This document shows positions 29,145-38,058 of a DNA stretch of 64,000 nt, piece by piece (within the stretch, counting starts at the first letter, position 1; each line of letters begins with the position of its first letter). This DNA is from an uncultured bacterium (GTDB taxonomy: Bacteria > JAGOEH01): positions 1-64,000 of the forward strand of contig CAZWDO010000015.1 in assembly GCA_964632485.1 (NCBI GenBank), given 5' to 3'. The position numbers were made by a program, and so were the translations under genes. The notes below the pieces were generated by a model, which saw only the letters and a list, made by a program, of their open reading frames with translations, had not been told where the DNA came from and ran no database searches.

Positions 29145-31682
29145 CTAATTTGTTGCTGAGGATAGCTTCTCAAGGATATGAATACTGGAAAAAGCGTCGG
29201 GCGCGTACTCTACGATTCCCCGATAGTTTTTTTGCAGTGTCTGGTGAACAAAAGTCTCAGTCAAAGCGGCTCCACCGCAAATAACCGGTATTTTAATATT
29301 GTATTCATTGAAAACCTGCAGCATATCATTCATAACTTGTGTGGATTTAACAAGCAGTCCGCTCAGTCCGAGGCAATCAGGTCGATAGCTTTCAATGGCG
29401 CTTTTTATTTGCTCCACTGTTTGATTGATTCCCAGATTAATAACTTCGTACCCATTATTGGTTAAGATAATATCGACCAGATTTTTTCCAATATCATGCA
29501 CATCACCTTTAACCGTAGCGAGAAGAATTTTCATTTTTTGACTGTTCTGATGATGGTGAATGTGGGGTTTCAAATAGTCCACAGCCAATTTCATGGTTTC
29601 AGCCGATTGCAGGACAAAAGGCAATTGAAGCTCTTCCTTAGCAAAAAGTTCGCCAACGGTTTTCATCCCCCTGAGTAAAAACTTATCGATAATTGAAAGG
29701 GCATCATATTGGGTCATCGCCTGTTCAAGTGTCTCTATTAAATCGCGTTTGCGGGATTGGATGATATGCCGCTGGAGCTTCTCTTCAATACCCAGTTGAT
29801 TCCATTCCGATTCATTTTCGTTTTCTGAGTTATGTTCATGGAAATATATCAATAATTCGGTTAATGGTGAATCGCCATCATCTGTGTAATTATTGTTTAT
29901 CAGTTGATTACATAAATTTTTAAGTGTGTCCGGGATACGATAGTAGGGAATTATTTTCCCGGCATGCAGAATCGCGGCATCTAAACCGGCAGCCAGCGCA
30001 TGATGCAGAAACACGGAATTTAGATAGGGCCGAATGGTTTTGCTTAATCCAAAAGATATATTGCTAAGGCCCAGAATAGTATGAGTTTTACTATAGCGTG
30101 ATTTCCATTCGCGAATCGCATTTAGAGTATGAAGAGCAGAATCTCTAAGAGAAATATCTCCGGCAGCCAGAGTAAAGGTAAGCATATCGAAGTAGAGATT
30201 GCCGGGATCAATCTGAAATTCAGTAACGCACAGTTGGTAAAGCTCTTCACACAGTTCCAGTTTATCTTTAGTAGTTTTAGCCATGCCCTGGTCATTGATA
30301 GGCAGGCAAACGACCGCTGTGTTGTATTTTTTAACCAGATTTAAAATTTCACGCGCGTTGGTGGCATGATCCTCAAGATTGATGGAATTGATAATCGCGC
30401 GGCCAGATATACTTTGCAATGATAGTTCAAGTGATTCAGGGTCGGTTGAATCGAGCATGATAGGGATTTGCAACATTTGATTTAGGCGTGGAACCAAGCG
30501 GGCATAATCACTTTTTTCATCCCTGCCGGCCCAAGCCAGGGAAAGATCTAATATATGGGCTTGCTCATCTTGTTGCTGTATGGCAATTTCTACCATGGTA
30601 TCCCAATCTTCTTTTAGTAAAGCTTCTCGAAATAGTTTACTGCCATTGGCATTCGTGCGTTCGCCCACAATAAGGGGTTTTGGATTGACTTTGAATTCCT
30701 GAGCGCGATAGAGCGAGGCAGCGCCTTGGCGCGGTTCCCGGGAAACGCGGGTAGGGGAGAGCTGAGCGCATTGGCGTACAACTTCCGCTAGATGCTCGGC
30801 GGTTGTACCGCAACAGCCACCAACAATAGCCACTCCATAATGTATGATGAGTTGCGCGAGTTCATGCGCCAGTTTTTCAGGTTCCAGATCATAATAATAC
30901 TGGTTGTTTTCAAAACGCGGCATTCCGGCATTCGGTAATACGGAAATCGGAAAAGGAGATTGTTCCGCCAATACCTGTATATGAGGAAGCATGGCCTGTG
31001 GACCCGTACCACAATTCAATCCTAACGCAAACAACGGATAATCCTGAAAAGTTTTGATAATGGCTTCCATTTCAGTTCCCAGTAGCATCTTCCCGTTGCT
31101 TTCCATGGTAACCTGTAAAATAATTGGGCGGAATTGGTTTTGCTCATTCATGACCTCAAGTAGCGCCACCAAGGCTGCTTTAGCCTGTAAAGGATCTTGA
31201 GCGGTTTCAATTTGAAACAGATCGACATTTCCAGCGAGAAGGCCCAGTGATTGAATATAATATGCATCTTTTAAATCATTGAACGTGGTATGATTGAGCG
31301 TCGGCAATTTGCTGCCGGGTCCAATGGAACCGGAAATAAAGCGGGGATGATCTGAAGTTGAATATGCCTCAGCCAATTCGCGGGCGATACGAGCGCCTTC
31401 CAGGTTTATGATATAGCAATGTTCGGATAATTGATGATCTTGTAATGTAATGGTATTGGCGCCGAAAGTATTGGTCTCGATTATATCACAGCCAGCCTCA
31501 AGAAAATCATGGTGGACCTGTTGAACGGCATCTTTTTTCACTAAATTTAAATACTCATTGCACCCTTCGATACCACCAAAATCGTCGGCTGTCAGATTCT
31601 GTTTTTGTAAACTGGTGCCCATCGCTCCATCGCAAATCAGCGTTCGTTCCTGAATAATTTGATTTATAGATTTTGTCTTCAT
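29145..31682 (-). CDS. metH: B12-dependent methionine synthase (homocysteine, folate, cap and cobalamin domains; no activation domain)
   Basis: DGAMGT, GLNC, GGCCGT, GERTNANGS, GDVHDIGKN, SGLL. Confidence 0.93.
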   Translation of the reverse strand: MKTKSINQIIQERTLICDGAMGTSLQKQNLTADDFGGIEGCNEYLNLVKKDAVQQVHHDFLEAGCDIIETNTFGANTITLQDHQLSEHCYIINLEGARIARELAEAYSTSDHPRFISGSIGPGSKLPTLNHTTFNDLKDAYYIQSLGLLAGNVDLFQIETAQDPLQAKAALVALLEVMNEQNQFRPIILQVTMESNGKMLLGTEMEAIIKTFQDYPLFALGLNCGTGPQAMLPHIQVLAEQSPFPISVLPNAGMPRFENNQYYYDLEPEKLAHELAQLIIHYGVAIVGGCCGTTAEHLAEVVRQCAQLSPTRVSREPRQGAASLYRAQEFKVNPKPLIVGERTNANGSKLFREALLKEDWDTMVEIAIQQQDEQAHILDLSLAWAGRDEKSDYARLVPRLNQMLQIPIMLDSTDPESLELSLQSISGRAIINSINLEDHATNAREILNLVKKYNTAVVCLPINDQGMAKTTKDKLELCEELYQLCVTEFQIDPGNLYFDMLTFTLAAGDISLRDSALHTLNAIREWKSRYSKTHTILGLSNISFGLSKTIRPYLNSVFLHHALAAGLDAAILHAGKIIPYYRIPDTLKNLCNQLINNNYTDDGDSPLTELLIYFHEHNSENENESEWNQLGIEEKLQRHIIQSRKRDLIETLEQAMTQYDALSIIDKFLLRGMKTVGELFAKEELQLPFVLQSAETMKLAVDYLKPHIHHHQNSQKMKILLATVKGDVHDIGKNLVDIILTNNGYEVINLGINQTVEQIKSAIESYRPDCLGLSGLLVKSTQVMNDMLQVFNEYNIKIPVICGGAALTETFVHQTLQKNYRGIVEYAPDAFSSIHILEKLSSATN

Positions 31683-31705
31683 CGGTAACTCCTATTAAAA
31701 TTGAT

Positions 31706-31740
31706 AAAAAAAAAGCCAGAGTATTGAAATACCCTGGCTC
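31706..31740 (-). terminator. Rho-independent terminator after tRNA-Pro
   Basis: Minus strand GCCAGGGTAT-TTCA-ATACTCTGGC-T9. Confidence 0.75.
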
Positions 31741-31748
31741 ATATAAAA

Positions 31749-31823
31749 TCGGGGCGACTGGATTCGAACCAGCGACCCCAAGCCCCCCATGCTTGTGCGC
31801 TAGACCAACTGCGCCACGCCCCG
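31749..31823 (-). tRNA. tRNA-Pro(GGG), CCA not encoded
   Basis: CGGGGCG/CGCCCCG acceptor stem, CAAGC-ATGGGGG-GCTTG anticodon arm, GGTTCGAATCC T-arm; follows a MerR gene as in the common merR-tRNA-Pro arrangement. Confidence 0.96.
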
Positions 31824-31825
31824 AT

Positions 31826-32125
31826 TTAATCATCCAATATCTGAATAATGGCTTTTAGTTCCTGTATAATCCATTCGTTGGCATGCTCTTCCTGTTTGTG
31901 TTGCCGTAAAGTTTGCCGAGCTCCATCAATCGTCAAGCGCTGTTCGTATAATAATTGTCGCATATTTTTTAACTGATTGATCTCTTCTTGTCGATAATGA
32001 CGAATCCCGTTCAAAATCTTTTTGGGTTTCAATTCAGGAATCTGCTGTTCCCAATATCGAATGGTATGTGTCGGAACGCCCACCTGTTGGCTGACTTCGC
32101 CAATGGTGTAGTAAACTTTGTCCAT
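31826..32125 (-). CDS. MerR family transcriptional regulator
   Basis: YYTIGEVS...HTIRYWE...LLYEQRLTIDGA; start moved to ATG 32125. Confidence 0.9.
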   Translation of the reverse strand: MDKVYYTIGEVSQQVGVPTHTIRYWEQQIPELKPKKILNGIRHYRQEEINQLKNMRQLLYEQRLTIDGARQTLRQHKQEEHANEWIIQELKAIIQILDD

Positions 32126-32150
32126 AATATAAACTTTTTTTGGTAAAAAA

Positions 32151-32801
32151 TCAAGTCTTTTTTTGCGAATTGAAAATTTTCTTTTCTTCACCACGCGCGA
32201 GTCTCAGAATGTTAGAGCGGTGAGTCCATACAATTATCCAGGCGCACAATAGACTAAAATAAAAATAGTAATGAGTCTCATGCGTTGCTATGAAGAAAAC
32301 AATAATGGGATATACCAGGGCGCCTGTCAAGGACGCTGGGGATACAATACGGGTTATGAAAAGAACACTAAGGGCAATTATTAAAGCAAAAAACGATGCT
32401 AAGGGCGTAAGGGCTAAAATGACACCGAGCGCGGTCAATACGCCTTTTCCTCCCCGGAAACCGGTATATAGGGGGAAAACATGACCTACGATAGCAAAAA
32501 TTCCACAGAAAATCTTAAATAATGCAGTCGTGTCGTTGGATAGTAAACCGCCAAAATTTTGCCAGGAACCATTCAACCAATCTGAAAAAAAGAATACCGG
32601 TAAAAAACCTTTTAAGATATCAATGAAAATAACTGGTAACGCGGCTTTCCAACCCAAAATCCGAAAGACATTAGTTGCCCCTGCATTGCCGCTGCCCAGG
32701 GTACGGATATCAATCCCCTGGACAAATCTCCCCATTAAATAAGCCGTGGGAAACGATCCCAGCAAATATGACAAACCAAATGCCACGAATATCATCATCA
32801 C
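32151..32801 (-). CDS. plsY: Glycerol-3-phosphate acyltransferase PlsY
   Basis: YLLGSFP, GSGNAGATNV, GHVFP, FRGGKG, HRSNI. Confidence 0.96.
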   Translation of the reverse strand: MMMIFVAFGLSYLLGSFPTAYLMGRFVQGIDIRTLGSGNAGATNVFRILGWKAALPVIFIDILKGFLPVFFFSDWLNGSWQNFGGLLSNDTTALFKIFCGIFAIVGHVFPLYTGFRGGKGVLTALGVILALTPLASFFALIIALSVLFITRIVSPASLTGALVYPIIVFFIATHETHYYFYFSLLCAWIIVWTHRSNILRLARGEEKKIFNSQKKT

Positions 32802-34132
32802 ACGCGTCCGCTTTCCTTTTTAATAAAAGAATACTTAAAGAAAACACCATTCAAATCAAGATTTTCATAAAGTGATGTTTCAAAATAGCGGGTATAGTTA
32901 TCTTTCAGTAAATCCGGGAAATTGGTGGTAATGACAATCTTGGGAGGGGATTGCGCGATTTGGGAAGCAAAATAGAATTTAATATGCTTGCCTTTATTTG
33001 CAGGTGGGGGATACTGCAAGCTTATCTTTTCCACAATGCGGTTTAAATAACTGGTCGATATCTGTTGGTTATATCTCTGGTGAACTGTCAAAATAGTTTC
33101 CAACAGGGGGAATACTCTCAATCCGGTCAGCGCGGATATGGTCGTAATGGGAAAATATTTAAGCCAGGAATAATTACTATATAATTCCTTACAAAAGTCA
33201 GCAAAACTTTTTTCAGTTTTATTAGTAAGCTTGTCCCATTTATTAATCACCAGGATCATCCCTTTACGCTCTTTCCGAATTATATCCATAATTTCCAAAT
33301 CCTGTTTTGTCAATCCTTCTTCGGGATCAATCAGAAGTAGTGAAATTTCGCTAAGTCCGACATGACGGATACTGCGCACTGTGGAATAATACTCAATATT
33401 GTTTTGAATACGTGATTTACGCCGCAATCCGGCCGTATCAATCAGTTTGATAATCTGGTTTTTATATTGGATAAAAGAATGCACAGCATCGCGGGTCGTA
33501 CCGGGAATGCTGGATACAACTGAGATATTTTTTCCAATCAAGCGATTAATCAGAGTGGATTTGCCGATATTGGGACGTCCAACTATCGCTACTGGTATGG
33601 CATTATTATTTTCTTCCCAATCAGTTATTTCCCGCGGTAGATGTTCTATAATCGTATCCAGGAGATCATTGACAAAGAGACCGTTAGCAGCGGAAACAGC
33701 TAAGGGCTCTCCTAAACCCAGTTTGTAGTATTCGCCAAGAAACAGGGTGTTTTTGGGATTATCCAGTTTGTTGACCACTAATAAAATGGGTTTTTCCAGC
33801 CGCAGGAGTTCACGGGCTATCCTTAAATCTTCCTCGGTGATTCCGACCTGCGCATCAACGATAAACATAATAAGGTCGGATTCATTACGGGCGATTTCGA
33901 TCTGTTCTATAACGCCGACCTCTATTTCATTTTTTGGATCAGGGATCAAACCCCCTGTATCGATCAGAGAAAAATAAAAACCTTCCCATTCAACCATTCC
34001 AAAAACCCGATCACGGGTCACTCCGGGTTGATCATCGACGATTGAAAGCCTTTTTCCAATCAATCGGTTAAAAAGGCTGGATTTACCAACATTTGGACGG
34101 CCCAGGATTGCAATTTGAGGTATCTTCTTCAT
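32798..34132 (-). CDS. der: Ribosome biogenesis GTPase Der (EngA)
   Basis: Two GTPase domains: GRPNVGKS/DTGG and GRPNIGKS/DTAG. Confidence 0.97.
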   Translation of the reverse strand: MKKIPQIAILGRPNVGKSSLFNRLIGKRLSIVDDQPGVTRDRVFGMVEWEGFYFSLIDTGGLIPDPKNEIEVGVIEQIEIARNESDLIMFIVDAQVGITEEDLRIARELLRLEKPILLVVNKLDNPKNTLFLGEYYKLGLGEPLAVSAANGLFVNDLLDTIIEHLPREITDWEENNNAIPVAIVGRPNIGKSTLINRLIGKNISVVSSIPGTTRDAVHSFIQYKNQIIKLIDTAGLRRKSRIQNNIEYYSTVRSIRHVGLSEISLLLIDPEEGLTKQDLEIMDIIRKERKGMILVINKWDKLTNKTEKSFADFCKELYSNYSWLKYFPITTISALTGLRVFPLLETILTVHQRYNQQISTSYLNRIVEKISLQYPPPANKGKHIKFYFASQIAQSPPKIVITTNFPDLLKDNYTRYFETSLYENLDLNGVFFKYSFIKKESGRV

Positions 34133-34145
34133 AATTTTATATTTG

Positions 34146-34180
34146 CAGAACAGCTCCGCGATACGTTGGAGCTGTTTCTG
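34146..34180. terminator. Stem-loop between TPR gene and der
   Basis: CAGAACAGCTCC...GGAGCTGTTTCTG inverted repeat; weak U tail. Confidence 0.45.
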
Positions 34181-34189
34181 ATATTAATA

Positions 34190-35437
34190 TTAGCAGCCAA
34201 AATCAAAACTCGGTTCTGCCTCGCCTTTATGCATAAACGTATCTTCTTTAGTGCGTTCAAATTGTTTGAGATATTTCACCCGATTGGCTGCGTTGCGGCC
34301 CATTTCCGGATCCGATGAAATTTGTTTGAATACTTCCATCGCTTTTTCATAAATGAATTTGCCTTCATAGGAAATATTCCCGTTTTTATCGAGTTTTGTG
34401 CTGGCAATGCGTTCGATGATTTCTCCTTTTATCCAGATCGCTCGATTATATCTGGGATAAGTGGCCAAGGCGCGGCAAATTGATCGCTGCGCGTTTTCAA
34501 TCTGGTCTATATTCGCATAACACAGCGCGATTTCCGCTAAAGCCTCTTTGTTTTTGCCGTTTAAATTCAATATTTTTTTAAAGACATTGATCGCCTTGTT
34601 GTTGTCATCCATCATTTGATACGATTTGGCCCATAAAACCAGATTTTTATCATTTTCTGGAGTCACTTTAGCTAAGCGTTCAAAAACAGCGGCTGCAGAA
34701 TCGTACTGCATATTCTTTAAATAGTTACGCCCCAATTTCAACATTAACGTTGAATCATTGGGTTTATTACCCAATTGGACTATAATCTGTTCGATCACTT
34801 TATCCAAATCCCCCATATTTTTAGCTATTTCTTCAATCCGTTTAGATACTTCCGCATCATTGGGATCGATTTCGGCGGCTTCGCTGTACCATTCATAAGC
34901 CATATCCATATCTTCTTCTTTAAAGGCAATGTCACCCAATATTTTGCGGGCTTTGAACCGAACTTGTTCATCCTTAAGCTGAGCAGCGCGATCCAATTCC
35001 ACAACCGATTCATACATAAAACGGGCGGAATCCATATCTCCCGTTGTCAGGTAGATAAAACCCAACATCTGGAAAAAATAATCATAGGTCGAATCAACGA
35101 CTATCCCCTGGTAATAGGTAGTTTTGGCGCTATCTAAATATGCAGCGGCCAGGTCCATATTGTTTTCTTCCTGATATTTCTGTTGAAGCTGTTGATAGGA
35201 AAATGCCAGATAACGCCAGGCAGCCATTTTCTTAGGATTGATTTCAACTACTTTTTTTAAGGGCTCGATGGCTTCCGAATACATTTTATTTTTATAATAC
35301 TCATAACCTGTACTATAATTTTTTGCTTCCTCAAACTTCAGATTTCTCGGAGGGGCTGTATTGACAGAATCCTCCTGAGCTTGAACCATAACTGCTAACA
35401 GCATAAATAAAATGGTTATAAACCAATAGTTTCTCAT
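34190..35437 (-). CDS. Secreted tetratricopeptide repeat protein
   Basis: Signal peptide; repeated A..Y...INP/DP helical motifs; AAGGAG RBS. Confidence 0.85.
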   Translation of the reverse strand: MRNYWFITILFMLLAVMVQAQEDSVNTAPPRNLKFEEAKNYSTGYEYYKNKMYSEAIEPLKKVVEINPKKMAAWRYLAFSYQQLQQKYQEENNMDLAAAYLDSAKTTYYQGIVVDSTYDYFFQMLGFIYLTTGDMDSARFMYESVVELDRAAQLKDEQVRFKARKILGDIAFKEEDMDMAYEWYSEAAEIDPNDAEVSKRIEEIAKNMGDLDKVIEQIIVQLGNKPNDSTLMLKLGRNYLKNMQYDSAAAVFERLAKVTPENDKNLVLWAKSYQMMDDNNKAINVFKKILNLNGKNKEALAEIALCYANIDQIENAQRSICRALATYPRYNRAIWIKGEIIERIASTKLDKNGNISYEGKFIYEKAMEVFKQISSDPEMGRNAANRVKYLKQFERTKEDTFMHKGEAEPSFDFGC

Positions 35438-35462
35438 AAATTACTCCTTTGATTAATAAAGG

Positions 35463-36131
35463 TTACATTTGACCGATAATACTTTGATAATCCCGATTGA
35501 CTTTATTCGCATAAAACATTGGCATGGGTTCGCCATTTTGCAGAATTTTGAAGAGGTTGTATTCGCCTAAATTATAAGCAACCAAAGTTTTGGTTATATC
35601 ACCCTCATATTTATTCATTAAATACTTTAAATAGAGCGCGCCGTAATGAATATTGCTCTCAAATGTATAAAGATCATCCAGGTTGGGTAAGACACTATAA
35701 CGGTTGAGACGGGCCAGGTAGCGGGCAGTTGGTAAGCGTACCTGCATTAATCCGATAGCGCCCCAATGCGATTCAACATTCGGAAAAAAATGGCTTTCAG
35801 TTTTGATAATTGCCGCCAAAAGAAAAGGATCAAGCGAAATTCGCGCGCTTTCTATCAGAATGATATTGGCTATCTGGCCGGCTTCATTTCTTAAAAGTGT
35901 TGGATTCTGTTTTGTAATCATTTCAACCAGATGCTGATACTCGATCCAGGAGTCTATACTTTTTATTAATCCCGTGTTGGTAAAATTAAACTGAACTACT
36001 TTACTGGATAATTCGATCCGTTTTTGATTCAAGTACTCATGGGTTATAATCTGAATCATTAGTAAAATAGAAAGAAGAAAAACCAGCCGGGCGATAGCGA
36101 CCTCGCGGGTCCATGCATAAAATTTTATCAA
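35463..36131 (-). CDS. Lytic transglycosylase (SLT domain) with N-terminal TM
   Basis: AIIKTES, GAIGLMQV, AYNLG. Confidence 0.92.
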   Translation of the reverse strand: MIKFYAWTREVAIARLVFLLSILLMIQIITHEYLNQKRIELSSKVVQFNFTNTGLIKSIDSWIEYQHLVEMITKQNPTLLRNEAGQIANIILIESARISLDPFLLAAIIKTESHFFPNVESHWGAIGLMQVRLPTARYLARLNRYSVLPNLDDLYTFESNIHYGALYLKYLMNKYEGDITKTLVAYNLGEYNLFKILQNGEPMPMFYANKVNRDYQSIIGQM

Positions 36132-36356
36132 AAACTCACCTCACGTGTGTTATATGTTAAAAGGTGTTTAACTTTGTACCCATTTTAATTAGTAAAAGTT
36201 CCTTGTAATTTATATTTTTTTTTGAAAAAGTCAAGTTGTTTTTTGTTTTTTAACCAAATAGGTGGTTAAAATAACAGATTTAACTTGACAAATGATACAT
36301 TATTTATTATTTATAAGTATTAACAATGTTCTATATGAAAACTTTCGGGAGCTTCA

Positions 36357-37271
36357 ATGATATTGAGAATTTTATTGATTATGATAATCTCGGCCCTTCT
36401 GAGTAGTACAATACAGGCTCAAGGCAATGGACAGAACGTGGATCAGATTTTAACTCTGGATTCGATGAATATTATATGGCAAGCGCTGGAGCATCAAAAA
36501 ATTGAATTGGATAGCTTGACTTCTGAATACCGTTCCGTGCTGGAAAAAATGAAAATCCAGGCAATCGGCAACCAAGCGCAGATTGATCAATGGTCTTCTC
36601 TAAAGGAACAGATCAATTCCTTGCTTTCGCGGCAGGGAAATGGAGATTTTTCATCCAATCGCATGACAGTTCTTGTTTTCGTGTTTATGCTGATTCCTCT
36701 GGTGTTTCTTTTCTTTTTGATTATTTACATAAAATATAAACAAAAAAAAGAATTAAAAACAATTAATGACAACCTTCATCAATATCTGAATGAAAGCCGT
36801 AAACTATTGGAAGATTTATCATTGCAGTTGGAGAAGACAACTGCAGAAGCTGTCGCTAAAAGCAAAAGCCGTTTAAAAATTCTTGAATTAATTGTTGCTG
36901 AAGCAGGCCAGAAATTAAAACCTTTAACTGCAATTCAAAATTCTCAAAAAGAAGCGACTGCCAGCCATTTCCCATCCATCAATACCAAGCCGGCAACCGC
37001 GCCTATCATAGAAAAAGCTCCTATTCAAACCAAACCCAATCTATTCCAGCGTTATAAAAGTGGTGAAACGCAATTTAACAAGAAATCCGAAGAAATCTCA
37101 CCAAACGAGTCTTCGGATAGTAAAAACCATACATCCATGATTTGGCTGCTCCATAAAAAAGGGTTATCAATTACACAAATTGCCAGTCGATTAAGTATGG
37201 GTAAAGGAGAAGTGGAACTGATACTCAATTTGCAAAAACGAAAATTTGAACAATCCGAAGATAAAAATTAA
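36357..37271 (+). CDS. Hypothetical membrane protein with coiled coil and C-terminal HTH-like (DUF6115-like) tail
   Basis: Signal peptide, TM, GLSITQIASRLSMGKGEVELILNL. Confidence 0.7.
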   Translation: MILRILLIMIISALLSSTIQAQGNGQNVDQILTLDSMNIIWQALEHQKIELDSLTSEYRSVLEKMKIQAIGNQAQIDQWSSLKEQINSLLSRQGNGDFSSNRMTVLVFVFMLIPLVFLFFLIIYIKYKQKKELKTINDNLHQYLNESRKLLEDLSLQLEKTTAEAVAKSKSRLKILELIVAEAGQKLKPLTAIQNSQKEATASHFPSINTKPATAPIIEKAPIQTKPNLFQRYKSGETQFNKKSEEISPNESSDSKNHTSMIWLLHKKGLSITQIASRLSMGKGEVELILNLQKRKFEQSEDKN

Positions 37272-37284
37272 TAAGGAGATTTGA

Positions 37285-38058
37285 ATGAGTTCCTATTATG
37301 CATATCATTTAGGACTGGAAACCGGAGCGATTGAGGGCGCGCGCATCGCTTTTTTACCTGGAGATCCTGGACGCGTGAACCGTTTGGCACAGATTATTGA
37401 TCCCGATTATCGGGAATTGCAATTTCATCGGGAATACCGAACCAGTTGGGTCAATTGCCAGGGGGTTAAGGCTATCGTAACGTCCACCGGAATTGGGGGA
37501 CCATCCACGGCCATTGCTGTAGAAGAATTAGCTCAATTGGGTATTAAAATTTTTATTAGATTGGGGACGACCGGAGCTATTCAGCCTGATATCGCGTTGG
37601 GTGATTTTATTGTTGCCACTTCTGCAGTTCGCCTGGAGGGTACTTCACACCATTATGCTCCTCCCTCTTATCCTGCAGTTGCCGATTGGGAATTGGTTTC
37701 TCTTTTAACAGACGCTTGCCATGGATTGAATTTTAAGGCCCATAACGGTATCTGCGCCTCCAGTGACAGTTTTTATCCGGGACAGGAACGCTATCAAACA
37801 TATAATGGCTATATTATTCGCGATTTTCAAAATTCTCTGGAAGAGTGGCGCCGATTAAATGTGCTTAATTATGAGATGGAAGCAGCCACTCTTTTTACGA
37901 TGGCTTCCGTTTTTAAGTTAAAAGCCGCGGCTGTTTTAGCTGTGATTGCTCAACGAACTGAAACTGAACAGGTCGCATTGGATATTATCCCGCTTGTGGA
38001 AGAACAACTGGGACGGATCGCACGCCATGTTCTGGGAAAAATAGGTTCCATTGCATGA
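37285..38058 (+). CDS. udp: Uridine phosphorylase
   Basis: PGDPGRV, HREY, STGIGGPS, FYPGQER, NYEME. Confidence 0.93.
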   Translation: MSSYYAYHLGLETGAIEGARIAFLPGDPGRVNRLAQIIDPDYRELQFHREYRTSWVNCQGVKAIVTSTGIGGPSTAIAVEELAQLGIKIFIRLGTTGAIQPDIALGDFIVATSAVRLEGTSHHYAPPSYPAVADWELVSLLTDACHGLNFKAHNGICASSDSFYPGQERYQTYNGYIIRDFQNSLEEWRRLNVLNYEMEAATLFTMASVFKLKAAAVLAVIAQRTETEQVALDIIPLVEEQLGRIARHVLGKIGSIA

